The position numbers and the translations under genes are program-made. DNA of 14,740 nt, taken from Candidatus Methylomirabilia bacterium. Its GTDB lineage: Bacteria > Methylomirabilota > Methylomirabilia > Rokubacteriales > CSP1-6. Below are positions 1 through 9,191 of this stretch, piece after piece. The stretch spans positions 1-14,740 of the forward strand of contig JBGQHJ010000125.1 of NCBI GenBank assembly GCA_041497895.1, read 5' to 3'. Position 1 is the stretch's first letter; each line of letters starts with the position of its first letter. The notes under the pieces were generated by a model. The model had not been told where the DNA came from. It searched no databases and saw only the letters and a list, made by a program, of their open reading frames with translations.

Positions 1-341
1 ACCGCGTCTCCTCCCGGCACTTCACGCTGCATGCTCACGTCGAGGTCCCCGTCGGGAGCCCGGTCGAACTTCACCACGTAGGGCACGGGCACCCCACAGC
101 GATCGACCGTCCAGCGTTCGGTCCAGCGGCCGGATACGCCCTGAGCGGCGAGCTCGACGGGGATCAGCACCTCCGTGCCGCTGACGCTGCGATCGCGACA
201 GCGCGGGTCACCGCCCATCTTCTCGGAAGCGTCCAGGGCCAGGAGCAGCTCCGACAGGGTCGACGGCCGGCTCATCTGCCCCGGTGCCGTGGCACAGCCG
301 CCGAGCAGTGACAGGAGCACGATTGCGAGCGGAAGGCGCAC
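1..341 (-). CDS. Putative lipoprotein, 3' end beyond the window edge; not in the ORF track
   Basis: Manual translation from GTG at 341 stays open to the edge: MRLPLAIVLLSLLGGCATAPGQMSRPSTLSELLLALDASEKMGGDPRCRDRSVSGTEVLIPVELAAQGVSGRWTERWTVDRCGVPVPYVVKFDRAPDGDLDVSMQREVPGGDA. It has a basic N-terminus, a hydrophobic core and an LGGC lipobox (Cys16). A GGAGG sits 9 nt upstream, inside the end of the FecR gene. Confidence 0.8.
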   Translation of the reverse strand, partial: MRLPLAIVLLSLLGGCATAPGQMSRPSTLSELLLALDASEKMGGDPRCRDRSVSGTEVLIPVELAAQGVSGRWTERWTVDRCGVPVPYVVKFDRAPDGDLDVSMQREVPGGDA

Positions 342-344
342 CGG

Positions 345-914
345 CTACTGCCTCCAGACGCCCTGGGAGCTGCCCTCGGTGAAGCCGAACTCGGGCTCGA
401 CGGCCATCATGCTCTTCTGGCCGTCCGTGAAGACCCACAGGATCGTTCCCCTCGCCGCCGCCACGGCGGTCGGGGTGGAGATGGCGAAGTTCGACTGGCG
501 GACCCGGGCCAGGGTGACGGCGGCCTGCGCGACCGTCGCGCGCACCTTCCCCACGACGAGGTGCAGGAGCATGAGCCGGCTCTGGCTCTGCGGGTCGTAT
601 TCCATCTTCGTCAGGAGAAGCCGACTGTTCTCGGCCACCACGACCGTGCTCGTGTCGGGCAGCGTCAGCTCGGCGGTGGCCCCAGAGTAGGCCCGGACGT
701 CGTCACCCTCGGCCAGCCGGGCTCCGACCACCGCCGGGATCCACTGGGTCTGCCCCTTGGAGAGGACCTCCACTCGCCCGACGACCCGCTTGAGCTCAGC
801 GCTCGGCGCGCTCTGCTGTGCAACGGCCAACGACGGCAGGGCCAGGAGGAAAAGACCGCCGAGCACGGACGCCATCACGAGCCGGCGTGAGCGACCTCTC
901 TGCAATCGACGCAT
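345..914 (-). CDS. Secreted or membrane-anchored FecR-domain protein
   Basis: Arg-rich N-terminus, hydrophobic segment and AVA-QQ cleavage-like site. FecR-domain pattern GxVEV...GARLAEGDDVR...AELTLPDTSTVVVAENSRL...LVVGKV...FAISTPTAVAAARGT. GGAGG upstream of the ATG. Confidence 0.85.
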   Translation of the reverse strand: MRRLQRGRSRRLVMASVLGGLFLLALPSLAVAQQSAPSAELKRVVGRVEVLSKGQTQWIPAVVGARLAEGDDVRAYSGATAELTLPDTSTVVVAENSRLLLTKMEYDPQSQSRLMLLHLVVGKVRATVAQAAVTLARVRQSNFAISTPTAVAAARGTILWVFTDGQKSMMAVEPEFGFTEGSSQGVWRQ

Positions 915-967
915 CGCGTGCCTCCCCGCGTGCCGCTACGGCCCGGGCCAGGGCGGAAACGCGATCA

Positions 968-976
968 ATCCTAGCA
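968..976 (-). promoter_or_regulatory. Candidate extended -10 promoter for the FecR/lipoprotein genes
   Basis: Minus strand reads TG-c-TAGGAT (TGnTAnnnT) about 55 nt upstream of the FecR start. No good -35 seen. Confidence 0.4.
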
Positions 977-981
977 CATGC

Positions 982-1818
982 TCACAGCTCGAGAGTCGAG
1001 CCTTCCGTACCCGCGATCAGCACGAAGGTCAGGTCCCCGGCCGCCCGTACCGCGGCGTCGATCCGGTCGAGCATGGCGTCGTCGTGAGTTGGATCGTGGT
1101 GGAACGGAACGAATCGTCTGGCTCCGCTCAGCGTGGCGAACGCAAACGCGTCGCGCATCGCACTATGCCCCCATCCAATTCGCTGCTGGTACTCCTCGGT
1201 GGTGTACTGTGCGTCATGGATCAGCAAATCTGCATCCGCGGCCAGGTCGAATCCCGACGTCCACTCTCGCTCCGCGGGGAATGCGTGCACCCCCAGGGCG
1301 GGTTCGTGATCAGGCAGATAGGCGACCGAGCGGTTCCCTCCGGAGATCCGGTAGCCGACCGTCGAACCCGGATGGCAAACAAGCTCGGCCTCGACCTCGA
1401 ACCCGCCGACCTCGAAACGCTCGGGCGGAACATTGTGCAACGTCAGGTGGCACGGCAGATCCCGCAGCCCAACCGGAAACAATGGAGGGGACAGGTACCG
1501 GGCCAGGCGCGTGCGCAGGTCGAGCGTGGGCGATGGGGGGCCCCAGATGTGAATCTCACGGGCGGGCTCGTAGAGAGGCTCGAAGAAGCCGAGCCCCTGG
1601 ATATGGTCCATGTGGAGATGAGTCAGCAGGAGGTCGATGCGTCCTCGACCGCCGCGCAGCGTCGCCCCCAGCCGTTGAATCCCCGTCCCCGCGTCCAGGA
1701 CCAGGAGTGCGTCCCCCTCGCCCCGCACCTCGACACAGGACGTGTTGCCGCCGTAGCGGATCGTCTCCGGCCCCGGGGCGGCGATTGACCCGCGCGTTCC
1801 CCAGAGCGTGACCTTCAC
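982..1818 (-). CDS. Metallo-beta-lactamase-fold hydrolase (RNase Z/PhnP-like, probable phosphodiesterase), 278 aa
   Basis: The likely start is GTG at 1818 (MKVTLWGTRGS), with GGAGG 9 nt upstream and 1 nt after the PAS stop, rather than 1992. Motifs: GTRGS, YGGNTSC, LDAGTG, THLHMDH (HxHxDH), HPG, DAQY, WGHS, FHHDP. Confidence 0.9.
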   Translation of the reverse strand: MKVTLWGTRGSIAAPGPETIRYGGNTSCVEVRGEGDALLVLDAGTGIQRLGATLRGGRGRIDLLLTHLHMDHIQGLGFFEPLYEPAREIHIWGPPSPTLDLRTRLARYLSPPLFPVGLRDLPCHLTLHNVPPERFEVGGFEVEAELVCHPGSTVGYRISGGNRSVAYLPDHEPALGVHAFPAEREWTSGFDLAADADLLIHDAQYTTEEYQQRIGWGHSAMRDAFAFATLSGARRFVPFHHDPTHDDAMLDRIDAAVRAAGDLTFVLIAGTEGSTLEL

Positions 1819-1819
1819 G

Positions 1820-2209
1820 TCAGGATTCCTCCCAGAAGATCCCCACCGCTCCGAGCAGGCGGGCGCCCTGGCCCTCGAGGGGAAACGCGGTGGCCCCGAT
1901 CTTTTTCGAGATGCCGTCGAGGCCTTTGATCCAGAACGCCTGGTGGGCGGCCCGATGCTTGTGGAGCGCGATGCTGAGCGGGAGTGCTTCAACCGGCACC
2001 GGGGAGCCGTCCTCGGCGATCGGGGCGAAGAGGCTAAACCACTCCCTCATCGACATCTCACCCGTCTCGTCATATCGACTGCCCAGCAGCTGCTCGGCGG
2101 GTTCGTTGTAGAAGAGCAGGTTTCCGGACGGGTCCACCAGGAAGATCGGCATGGCCAAGGAGCTGGCGAGCTGCCGCATCAGGATGAGCTCGATCGCCTT
2201 CTGGGACAT
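1820..2209 (-). CDS. Stand-alone PAS-domain protein
   Basis: PAS N-terminal signature PIFLVDPSGNLLFYNEPAEQLLG and C-terminal beta strands ATAFPL...LLGAVGIF. GGGGGA RBS upstream. Confidence 0.85.
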   Translation of the reverse strand: MSQKAIELILMRQLASSLAMPIFLVDPSGNLLFYNEPAEQLLGSRYDETGEMSMREWFSLFAPIAEDGSPVPVEALPLSIALHKHRAAHQAFWIKGLDGISKKIGATAFPLEGQGARLLGAVGIFWEES

Positions 2210-2313
2210 GAGGATCCCCCGCTACGATCAGGACACGCGTGCTCCGCTGGGCACGTTCGGCTGGCCCCGGGCGCCCGGTGCAACCTCGAGGCCATATCGA
2301 GCTCGTCCGGCAG

Positions 2314-2342
2314 AGTCTAATGAACTCGGGGGGTAATGACAA
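2314..2342 (-). promoter_or_regulatory. Sigma70-type promoter for the PAS-MBL hydrolase unit
   Basis: Minus strand TTGTCA (2342-2337), a 17-nt spacer, then TAGACT (2319-2314), in the intergenic gap about 105 nt upstream of the PAS start. Confidence 0.6.
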
Positions 2343-2381
2343 CGAGGACGTTTGGACCCGATCCCTCGAGGGCTCTGATGT

Positions 2382-2430
2382 CAGGCAGCCTGCCCCGGCT
2401 GGCGTCGGGGCAAAATGCCCCGGATGCGCC
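2382..2430 (-). terminator. GC-rich hairpin(s) just after the ligase stop; probable 3' end of the aromatic operon
   Basis: CGGGGCA-AAA-TGCCCCG (2406-2422), extendable with the GGCG/CGCC flanks. A further TGCCCCG copy at 2391-2397 and a CAGGC-A-GCCTG palindrome at 2382-2392. No U-tract, so it is not a classical intrinsic terminator. Confidence 0.4.
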
Positions 2431-3972
2431 TCACTGGCGCAGCTTGAAGCGCTGGATCTTGCCGGTCGCGGTCTTCGGCAGCTCGGCGACGAACTCGAGC
2501 CACCGGGGGTACTTGTAGGGCGCGATCTTGTCCTTGACGAAGGCCTTCAGCTCCGCCTCGAGCGCGGCCGAGCCCACGTGCCCGTCCTTGAGCACCACGA
2601 AGGCCTTGGGCTTGATCAGCTCGTCGGTGTCGGGCTGCCCCACCACCGCGGTCTCGAGCACCGCGGGGTGGCCCATCAGGGTGTTCTCCACCTCGATCGG
2701 CGACACCCAGATCCCACCCACCTTCAGCATGTCGTCGCCGCGCCCGCAGTACCAGAAGTAGCCGTCCGCGTCCTCGTAGTACTTGTCGCCGGTCTGGATC
2801 CAGTGGCCCAGCAGGGCATCCTTCGTCTTCTCGTGCTGGTTCCAGTAGTAGGCCATGATCGAGTCGCCCTTGACCCGCAGGTTGCCGATCTCGCCCGCCG
2901 GCATCCGGCGGCCGTCGTCGTCCACGACCACCGCGTCGTAGCCGGGCACCACCTGGCCGGTCGACCCCGGGCGGGCGTGGCCCGGTCGGTTCGAGAGGAA
3001 GATGTGGAGGATCTCGGTGGTGCCGATGCCGTCGAGGATCTCGACGCCGAAGCGCTCCTGCCAGCGGCGGTAGAGCTCCTCGGGCAGCGCCTCCCCCGCC
3101 GAGACGCACAGGCGCAGGCACGAGAGATCGTAGCGGGCGTCCGCGTCCTTCACCTGGAGCATCGCCGCGTAGAGGGTCGGCACGCCGAAGAAGATCGTGG
3201 GCCGGTGACGGTGGATCAGCGCGAACATCGCCTCCGGCGTCGGCCGGTGCGGGTACAGCACCCCCTGCCCGCCCACGTGGAGGGGAAAGGTCATGTTGTT
3301 GCCCATGCCGTAGGCGAAGAAGAGCTTGGCCGCGGAGACGGTGCGGTCGCTCTCGGTCATGCCCAGCACCTGCTTGGCGTACGTCTCGCCGCACACCACC
3401 ATGTCGTGCTGCAGGTGCACCGCGCCCTTGGGGCGCCCGGTCGAGCCCGACGAGTAGAGCCAGAACGCGGGGTCGTCCTTGCAGGAGTCGAAGGGCTCGA
3501 GACGGCTGCCCGCCTCGGCCACCCAGTCGTCGAAGGCGATCTGGCTCCCGGAGGCGTGCCCCGCCACCACCACGTGCCGCAGGTGTGCGGCCTTCGCGAG
3601 CGCGGGCCCGGCCTCGGCGAGCAGCGCCTCCGAGACCACCGCGATCGGGGCCCGGCTGTCGTCGAGGAAGTACCGGTAGTCCTCGGCCCGCATCATGGTG
3701 TTCACCGGGATCGGGATCGCCCCGATCTTGATCGCGCCCCAGAAGGTGGCCAGGAACTCCGGCGAGTCGAGCAGCAGGCAGAGCACGCGCTGCTCCGGGC
3801 GCACGCCCAGGTCCAGCAGCGCGTTGCCTGTCCGGTCGACCAGCTCCTGCAGCCCGCCGTACGTGAGCGCGCCGCCCTCGTGGAGGAAGGCGGTCCGGCT
3901 CCCCCGGCCCTCGGCCACGTGACGGTCGATGTAGAAGCGCGCGGCGTTGAAGCGGGCGGGAACCTGCATCAT
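2431..3972 (-). CDS. bclA: Benzoate-CoA ligase family protein
   Basis: FWLYSSGSTGRPKG P-loop, AAKLFFAYGMGN, SAGEALP, DGIGTTEILHIFLSN, TGDKY, GRGDDMLKVGG and LPKTATGKIQR, all typical of BadA/BclA. The start overlaps the Rid stop (ATGATG). Confidence 0.93.
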   Translation of the reverse strand: MMQVPARFNAARFYIDRHVAEGRGSRTAFLHEGGALTYGGLQELVDRTGNALLDLGVRPEQRVLCLLLDSPEFLATFWGAIKIGAIPIPVNTMMRAEDYRYFLDDSRAPIAVVSEALLAEAGPALAKAAHLRHVVVAGHASGSQIAFDDWVAEAGSRLEPFDSCKDDPAFWLYSSGSTGRPKGAVHLQHDMVVCGETYAKQVLGMTESDRTVSAAKLFFAYGMGNNMTFPLHVGGQGVLYPHRPTPEAMFALIHRHRPTIFFGVPTLYAAMLQVKDADARYDLSCLRLCVSAGEALPEELYRRWQERFGVEILDGIGTTEILHIFLSNRPGHARPGSTGQVVPGYDAVVVDDDGRRMPAGEIGNLRVKGDSIMAYYWNQHEKTKDALLGHWIQTGDKYYEDADGYFWYCGRGDDMLKVGGIWVSPIEVENTLMGHPAVLETAVVGQPDTDELIKPKAFVVLKDGHVGSAALEAELKAFVKDKIAPYKYPRWLEFVAELPKTATGKIQRFKLRQ

Positions 3973-4460
3973 GCGCGCCTCCGCGCGGGCCGACGGCCCG
4001 CCCGCGCGGCCTTCGGCCGCTTCGGGGGCGCGGAGCGGCGCTTCGGCGCCGGCGCTCCGGCCGGCTTGACCGCCATCGCCTCGATCTCCACCAGCAGCTC
4101 GGGCTGCACGAGCCGGCTGACCACCAGGATCGTGTTGGGCGGGTAGACGCCGTCCGGGAAGTAGCGCGGGAAGACCTCGCGGCGGGCCTGCATGAAGCCC
4201 TCGATGTCGGCCGCGTGAGTCAGGAACGTCTGGAAGCGCGCCACCTGCCCCATGGTGGCACCGGCCGCCTCGAGCACCGCCCGGATGTTCTCGAAGGTCT
4301 GCCGGGTCTGGGCCACCACGTCCCCGGGACCGGTCAGCCGGCCGCGCCGGTCCATGCCCACCTGCCCCGCCACCACCACGATCTCGCCGCCCGGCGCGAC
4401 CATGCCGTGCGAGTACATGCCGAGCGTCGGTCCCAGCGCCTTCGACGTGACCGCTTTCAC
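3969..4460 (-). CDS. Rid (YjgF/YER057c/UK114) family protein with basic C-terminal tail
   Basis: YSHG, AGQVG, QTRQTFENIRAVLEAAG, LLVEIEAMA. It has PPNT where RidA has PARS/T. GTG start with GGGAG RBS. Confidence 0.88.
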   Translation of the reverse strand: MKAVTSKALGPTLGMYSHGMVAPGGEIVVVAGQVGMDRRGRLTGPGDVVAQTRQTFENIRAVLEAAGATMGQVARFQTFLTHAADIEGFMQARREVFPRYFPDGVYPPNTILVVSRLVQPELLVEIEAMAVKPAGAPAPKRRSAPPKRPKAARAGRRPARRRA

Positions 4461-4482
4461 GTGGCTCCCCCGCCTCGCCGGC

Positions 4483-5897
<1,415 letters not shown>

Positions 5898-5898
<1 letters not shown>

Positions 5899-7568
5899 CA
5901 CACTCTCCTGCGGTCGAAGTCACCCCGCTCGCCGGTGCCGTACACCTTCAGCGCGCCCTTGGGCCCGACCGCGTTGGGCCGCTGGAAGATCCAGTTCTGC
6001 CACGCGGAGAGCCGGGCGAAGATCTTGCTCTCGAGCGTCTCCGGCCCGCCAAAGCGCAGGGAGGCCTCCATGCCGGTGAGCGCGTCGGGAGAGAACGCGG
6101 CGCGCTCCTCGATGGCGATTCGCACCTCGTCTTCCCAGTCGATGTCGTCCGGCGTGAACGTCACGAGACCCGCCTCCGACGCGGCCGCCGCGTCCAGGTC
6201 CTCGCCGATGCGGCCCTTCAGGTCGTCCACCCGCCCCGGCTCGTCGAGGAACCGGCTCTCGAGGCGCGAGAGGCCGTTGACGGTCGGGTAGGCCCCGAAG
6301 CTCATCCCGGTGAGGCGCACGACCGCGGCGGCCCGCGCGTCGCCCTCGCGCACGCCCTCCAGCATGAAGACCCGATCGGCGGCGAGGGCCAGCTCCAGCA
6401 AGGTGCCGGCGAAGCAGGACCCGGGCTCGATCAGGGCGAAGATCGACCGCGAGGAGACGTCGAGCCGCTTGAGCGTGCGCTTCAGGTAGAGCCGGATCTC
6501 GCGCACGAGCCAGTCGCCCTCGTGGGCGAGGAGCGCGCGATCGTGGGCCTCGACGAGGTCGGCGCTACCGGTGGTGCGCAGGACCCAGAGACCGATCTCC
6601 TCCTCGTTGGTGCGCAGGTGCAGGATGAGGTCGTCGAGCTCGCGGGCCATCGCCAGCGGCCAGAAGCGCGTGCCCGCCGCGTGGATGCCGGCCGGGTCGG
6701 CGGGCGGCGCGCCGGTGGGGCCCGCCACCGTGATCTCGGCCACCCCCTGCCCGCGGTCGATGGCGCACGTGATGTGCACGTAGGCGATGCGATCGCCCTC
6801 GATCCGCCGCTCGAGCGGGTCGAGCGCGATCCCACGCGCGCCGGCCGGGCGATCGGTGCGGGCGGCCAGCTCCGCCGCGCGCTGCTTCGTGGCCTCGGCC
6901 AGGCGCGACCGCGGCACCACCTCGTCCACCAGGCGCCACTCCACCGCGCGCTGGCCCTTGATGCCTTCCTCCAGCGTGCAGAAGAAGTCGGCGCGGTCGC
7001 GGCGCACGTGCCGCTTGTCCACCAGCCGGGTGAGCCCGCCGGTGCCGGGCAGCACCGCGAGCAGCGGCACCTCGGGCAGCGCCACCGTGGTGGAGCCGTC
7101 GTCGGCCATGATGATCCGGTCGGTGGCGAGCGCCAGCTCGTAGCCGCCGCCCGCGCAGGGCCCGTTCACCGCCGCGAGCCACGCCTGGCGCGAGTTCGCC
7201 GTCGCGTCCTCGATGGCGCTCCGGGTCTCGTTGGTGAACTTGCAGAAGTTCACCTTCCAGCCGTGGGAGGACTGGCTCAGCATGCGGATGTTGGCTCCCG
7301 CGCAGAAGACCCGCTCCTTGCCGGAGGTGAGCACCACCGCGCCGACCTCGGGATGCTCGAAGCGCAGCCGCTGGATCGCGTCGTAGAGCTCGATGTCGAC
7401 GCCCAGGTCGTAGGAGTTGAGCTTGAGCTCGTAGCCGGGCACGAGCCCGCCGTCCTCCTTCACGTCCATGTGCAGCGTGGCCACCGGGCCGTCGAAGGAG
7501 AGCCGCCAGTGCTTGTAGCGGCTCGGCTCGGTCCGGAAGTCCACCACCACTCGCGCGTTGTCGGCCAT
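5898..7568 (-). CDS. boxC: 2,3-epoxybenzoyl-CoA dihydrolase BoxC (double crotonase fold)
   Basis: YKHWRL, LKLNSYDLGVDIEL, LRFEHPEV, FCAGANI, KVNFCKFTNETR, AGGGYELALA, LPEVPLLAVLPGTGG, SPDALTGMEA, RLSAWQNWIFQRPNAVG. Confidence 0.97.
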
Positions 7569-7577
7569 CTGCCCCCG

Positions 7578-8126
7578 CTATCCCAGGATGACCCAGAGGG
7601 CCTTCGCCGTCCTGGGTCCCACGTTCTCCCAGCCGTGCGTGGTGCCGCCGTCGAGGTAGGCGCTGTCGCCGGCCTCGAGCACGTGGCGGTCGCCGTTGTA
7701 GTGAAGCGCCACCTTGCCCTCGATGACGTAGAAGAGCTTCATCTGACCGGGCCCGATGACGACCTTGTCCGTCTTCACGCCCCGCGACCGGGGCCCGAGG
7801 GTGGACACCACCGCCCGGATCTTACCCTGGAAGAGCCCCGCCCCCAACACGTGCCACTTCTCCGACGAGCCGTCGAAGGACACCACCGGGTAGTCGGACT
7901 TGCGGCTCACGTGCAGCCGTCCGGTCGGAGCGGGCTCGAAGAGGGAGCCGATCGACACCCCGAGCGCGCCGGCCAGCTTGCCCAGGGTGGGCAGCGAGGG
8001 CGTCAGCCGGCCGGACTCGATCTGCGACAGCATGCTCGGGGAGAGCCCGGCCTTCTCGGCGAGCTGGCGCTGCTGCAGCGCCCGCTCCGCGCGGAAGGCC
8101 CGGATCCGCTGGCCGAGCGCGGTCAT
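7578..8126 (-). CDS. XRE-family HTH transcriptional regulator with C-terminal cupin domain
   Basis: LGQRIRAFR...QRQLAEKAGLSPSMLSQIESGRLTPSLPTLGKLA (HTH_3). Cupin strands YVIEGKV...LEAGDSAYLDGGTTHGWEN. ATGA overlap with the hcrB stop. Confidence 0.92.
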   Translation of the reverse strand: MTALGQRIRAFRAERALQQRQLAEKAGLSPSMLSQIESGRLTPSLPTLGKLAGALGVSIGSLFEPAPTGRLHVSRKSDYPVVSFDGSSEKWHVLGAGLFQGKIRAVVSTLGPRSRGVKTDKVVIGPGQMKLFYVIEGKVALHYNGDRHVLEAGDSAYLDGGTTHGWENVGPRTAKALWVILG

Positions 8127-9124
8127 GCCTCCGCGACCTCCGGCAGGCCGGCGAGCCGCCGCAACGCCCGGGCCACGAAGACCCGCGTCATCTTCTTGCG
8201 ATACGGGTGGGTCAGGTCGGTGTTGTCGAGCGGCTTGGCCGGCCGGTAGGCGGCGTCGGCCGCGCGGTCGATCAGCTCGGGGCTCAGGCGCTCGCCCACC
8301 AGGAGCCGGGCGGCCTCGACCGCCTCGCGGGGCAGCGAGGCGACCGCGCCCAGCACGATGCGCGCCTGCCGGACCACGTCGCCCTCCATGGAGAGCGCGG
8401 CGGCCACCCCCAGCACCGGGAAGTCGAACGAGCCGCGCCGCCGCAGCTTCAGGTACACCGAGCGCACGCCCTCCGCGGGCGGCAGCGCGATCTCGGTCAC
8501 GATCTCACCGGGCTGCTTCGTCAGGTACTGGATGCCGTCGTCCTGGTAGAGCGCGGAGATCGGGATCGCGCGCTCCCCGGCGGGCCCCGCCAGCCGGACG
8601 CTCGCCCCGAGGCTCCAAAGGACGGGCGCGGTGTCCGACGAGGAGACCGCCCAGCAGCGCGGGCTGCCCGGGGCCACCAGGCAGATCTCCCCGTCCTTCT
8701 TCATGCAGAAGTTGACCGCCTTCCGCCACTGGTAGGACTGGTTGTAGTAGTTGCAGCGCGTGTCCACGCACACGTTGCCGCCGAGCGTACCCATGTTGCG
8801 GAGCTGGGGCGTGGAGACCGCCCCCGCCGCGGTGGCCAGCCCCGCGTAGCGCGCGCGCACCTGGGCGTGCCGCGAGACCGTGGTCAGCGTGGTCCCCGAG
8901 CCGATGGCGAGCCCGCCGTCGCTGCACCGGCGGACACCGGCCAGGTCCTTCACCCCGCGCAGCCCTACCAGCACGGTGGGCTCGAACTGGCGGCGCTTCA
9001 TGTTCGGGTAGAGATCGGTCCCGCCCGCCACCAGCATGGCCTCGGGCCCGTGATCGCCCATCAGCTTGACCGCGTCGGCCACCGACACCGGCGCCAGGTA
9101 CGAGAACGGCGGCAACCGCATCAT
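8123..9124 (-). CDS. hcrB: 4-hydroxybenzoyl-CoA reductase-like beta subunit (FAD plus extra [4Fe-4S])
   Basis: AGGTDL and QLRNMGTLGGN FAD motifs. Insert with C-x15-C-x7-C-x8-C (8654-8755), the spacing recalled for the HcrB [4Fe-4S] loop. KLRRRGSFDFP. Confidence 0.88.
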   Translation of the reverse strand: MMRLPPFSYLAPVSVADAVKLMGDHGPEAMLVAGGTDLYPNMKRRQFEPTVLVGLRGVKDLAGVRRCSDGGLAIGSGTTLTTVSRHAQVRARYAGLATAAGAVSTPQLRNMGTLGGNVCVDTRCNYYNQSYQWRKAVNFCMKKDGEICLVAPGSPRCWAVSSSDTAPVLWSLGASVRLAGPAGERAIPISALYQDDGIQYLTKQPGEIVTEIALPPAEGVRSVYLKLRRRGSFDFPVLGVAAALSMEGDVVRQARIVLGAVASLPREAVEAARLLVGERLSPELIDRAADAAYRPAKPLDNTDLTHPYRKKMTRVFVARALRRLAGLPEVAEA

Positions 9125-9130
9125 CGCGCG

Positions 9131-9191
9131 CCCCCTCTCACCCTCTCCCCTCTGGGGAGAGGGCAGGGTGAGGGGCCTGAGGGTGAGGGGC
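9131..9191. repeat. REP-like palindromic repeat overlapping the 3' end of hcrA
   Basis: Perfect 10-bp stem CCCTCTCCCC (9141-9150)/TCT/GGGGAGAGGG (9154-9163), and 12-bp direct repeats AGGGTGAGGGGC at 9165-9176 and 9180-9191. Confidence 0.75.

Noticed and set aside
339..347. In-frame TAG between FecR and the next ORF as possible readthrough, pyrrolysine or a nonsense-split gene
   Set aside because: The downstream ORF has its own GGAGG, GTG start, signal peptide and lipobox, so two separate genes is the simpler reading.
1819..1992. N-terminal extension of the MBL hydrolase
   Set aside because: It overlaps the PAS gene. The family N-terminus and a good RBS fit GTG at 1818.
2210..2310. Small hairpins and palindromes in the PAS leader (e.g. 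CCGGGCGCCCGG) as a possible riboswitch
   Set aside because: No riboswitch consensus was recognised, and short stems are expected at this GC content. An Rfam/Infernal scan would settle it.
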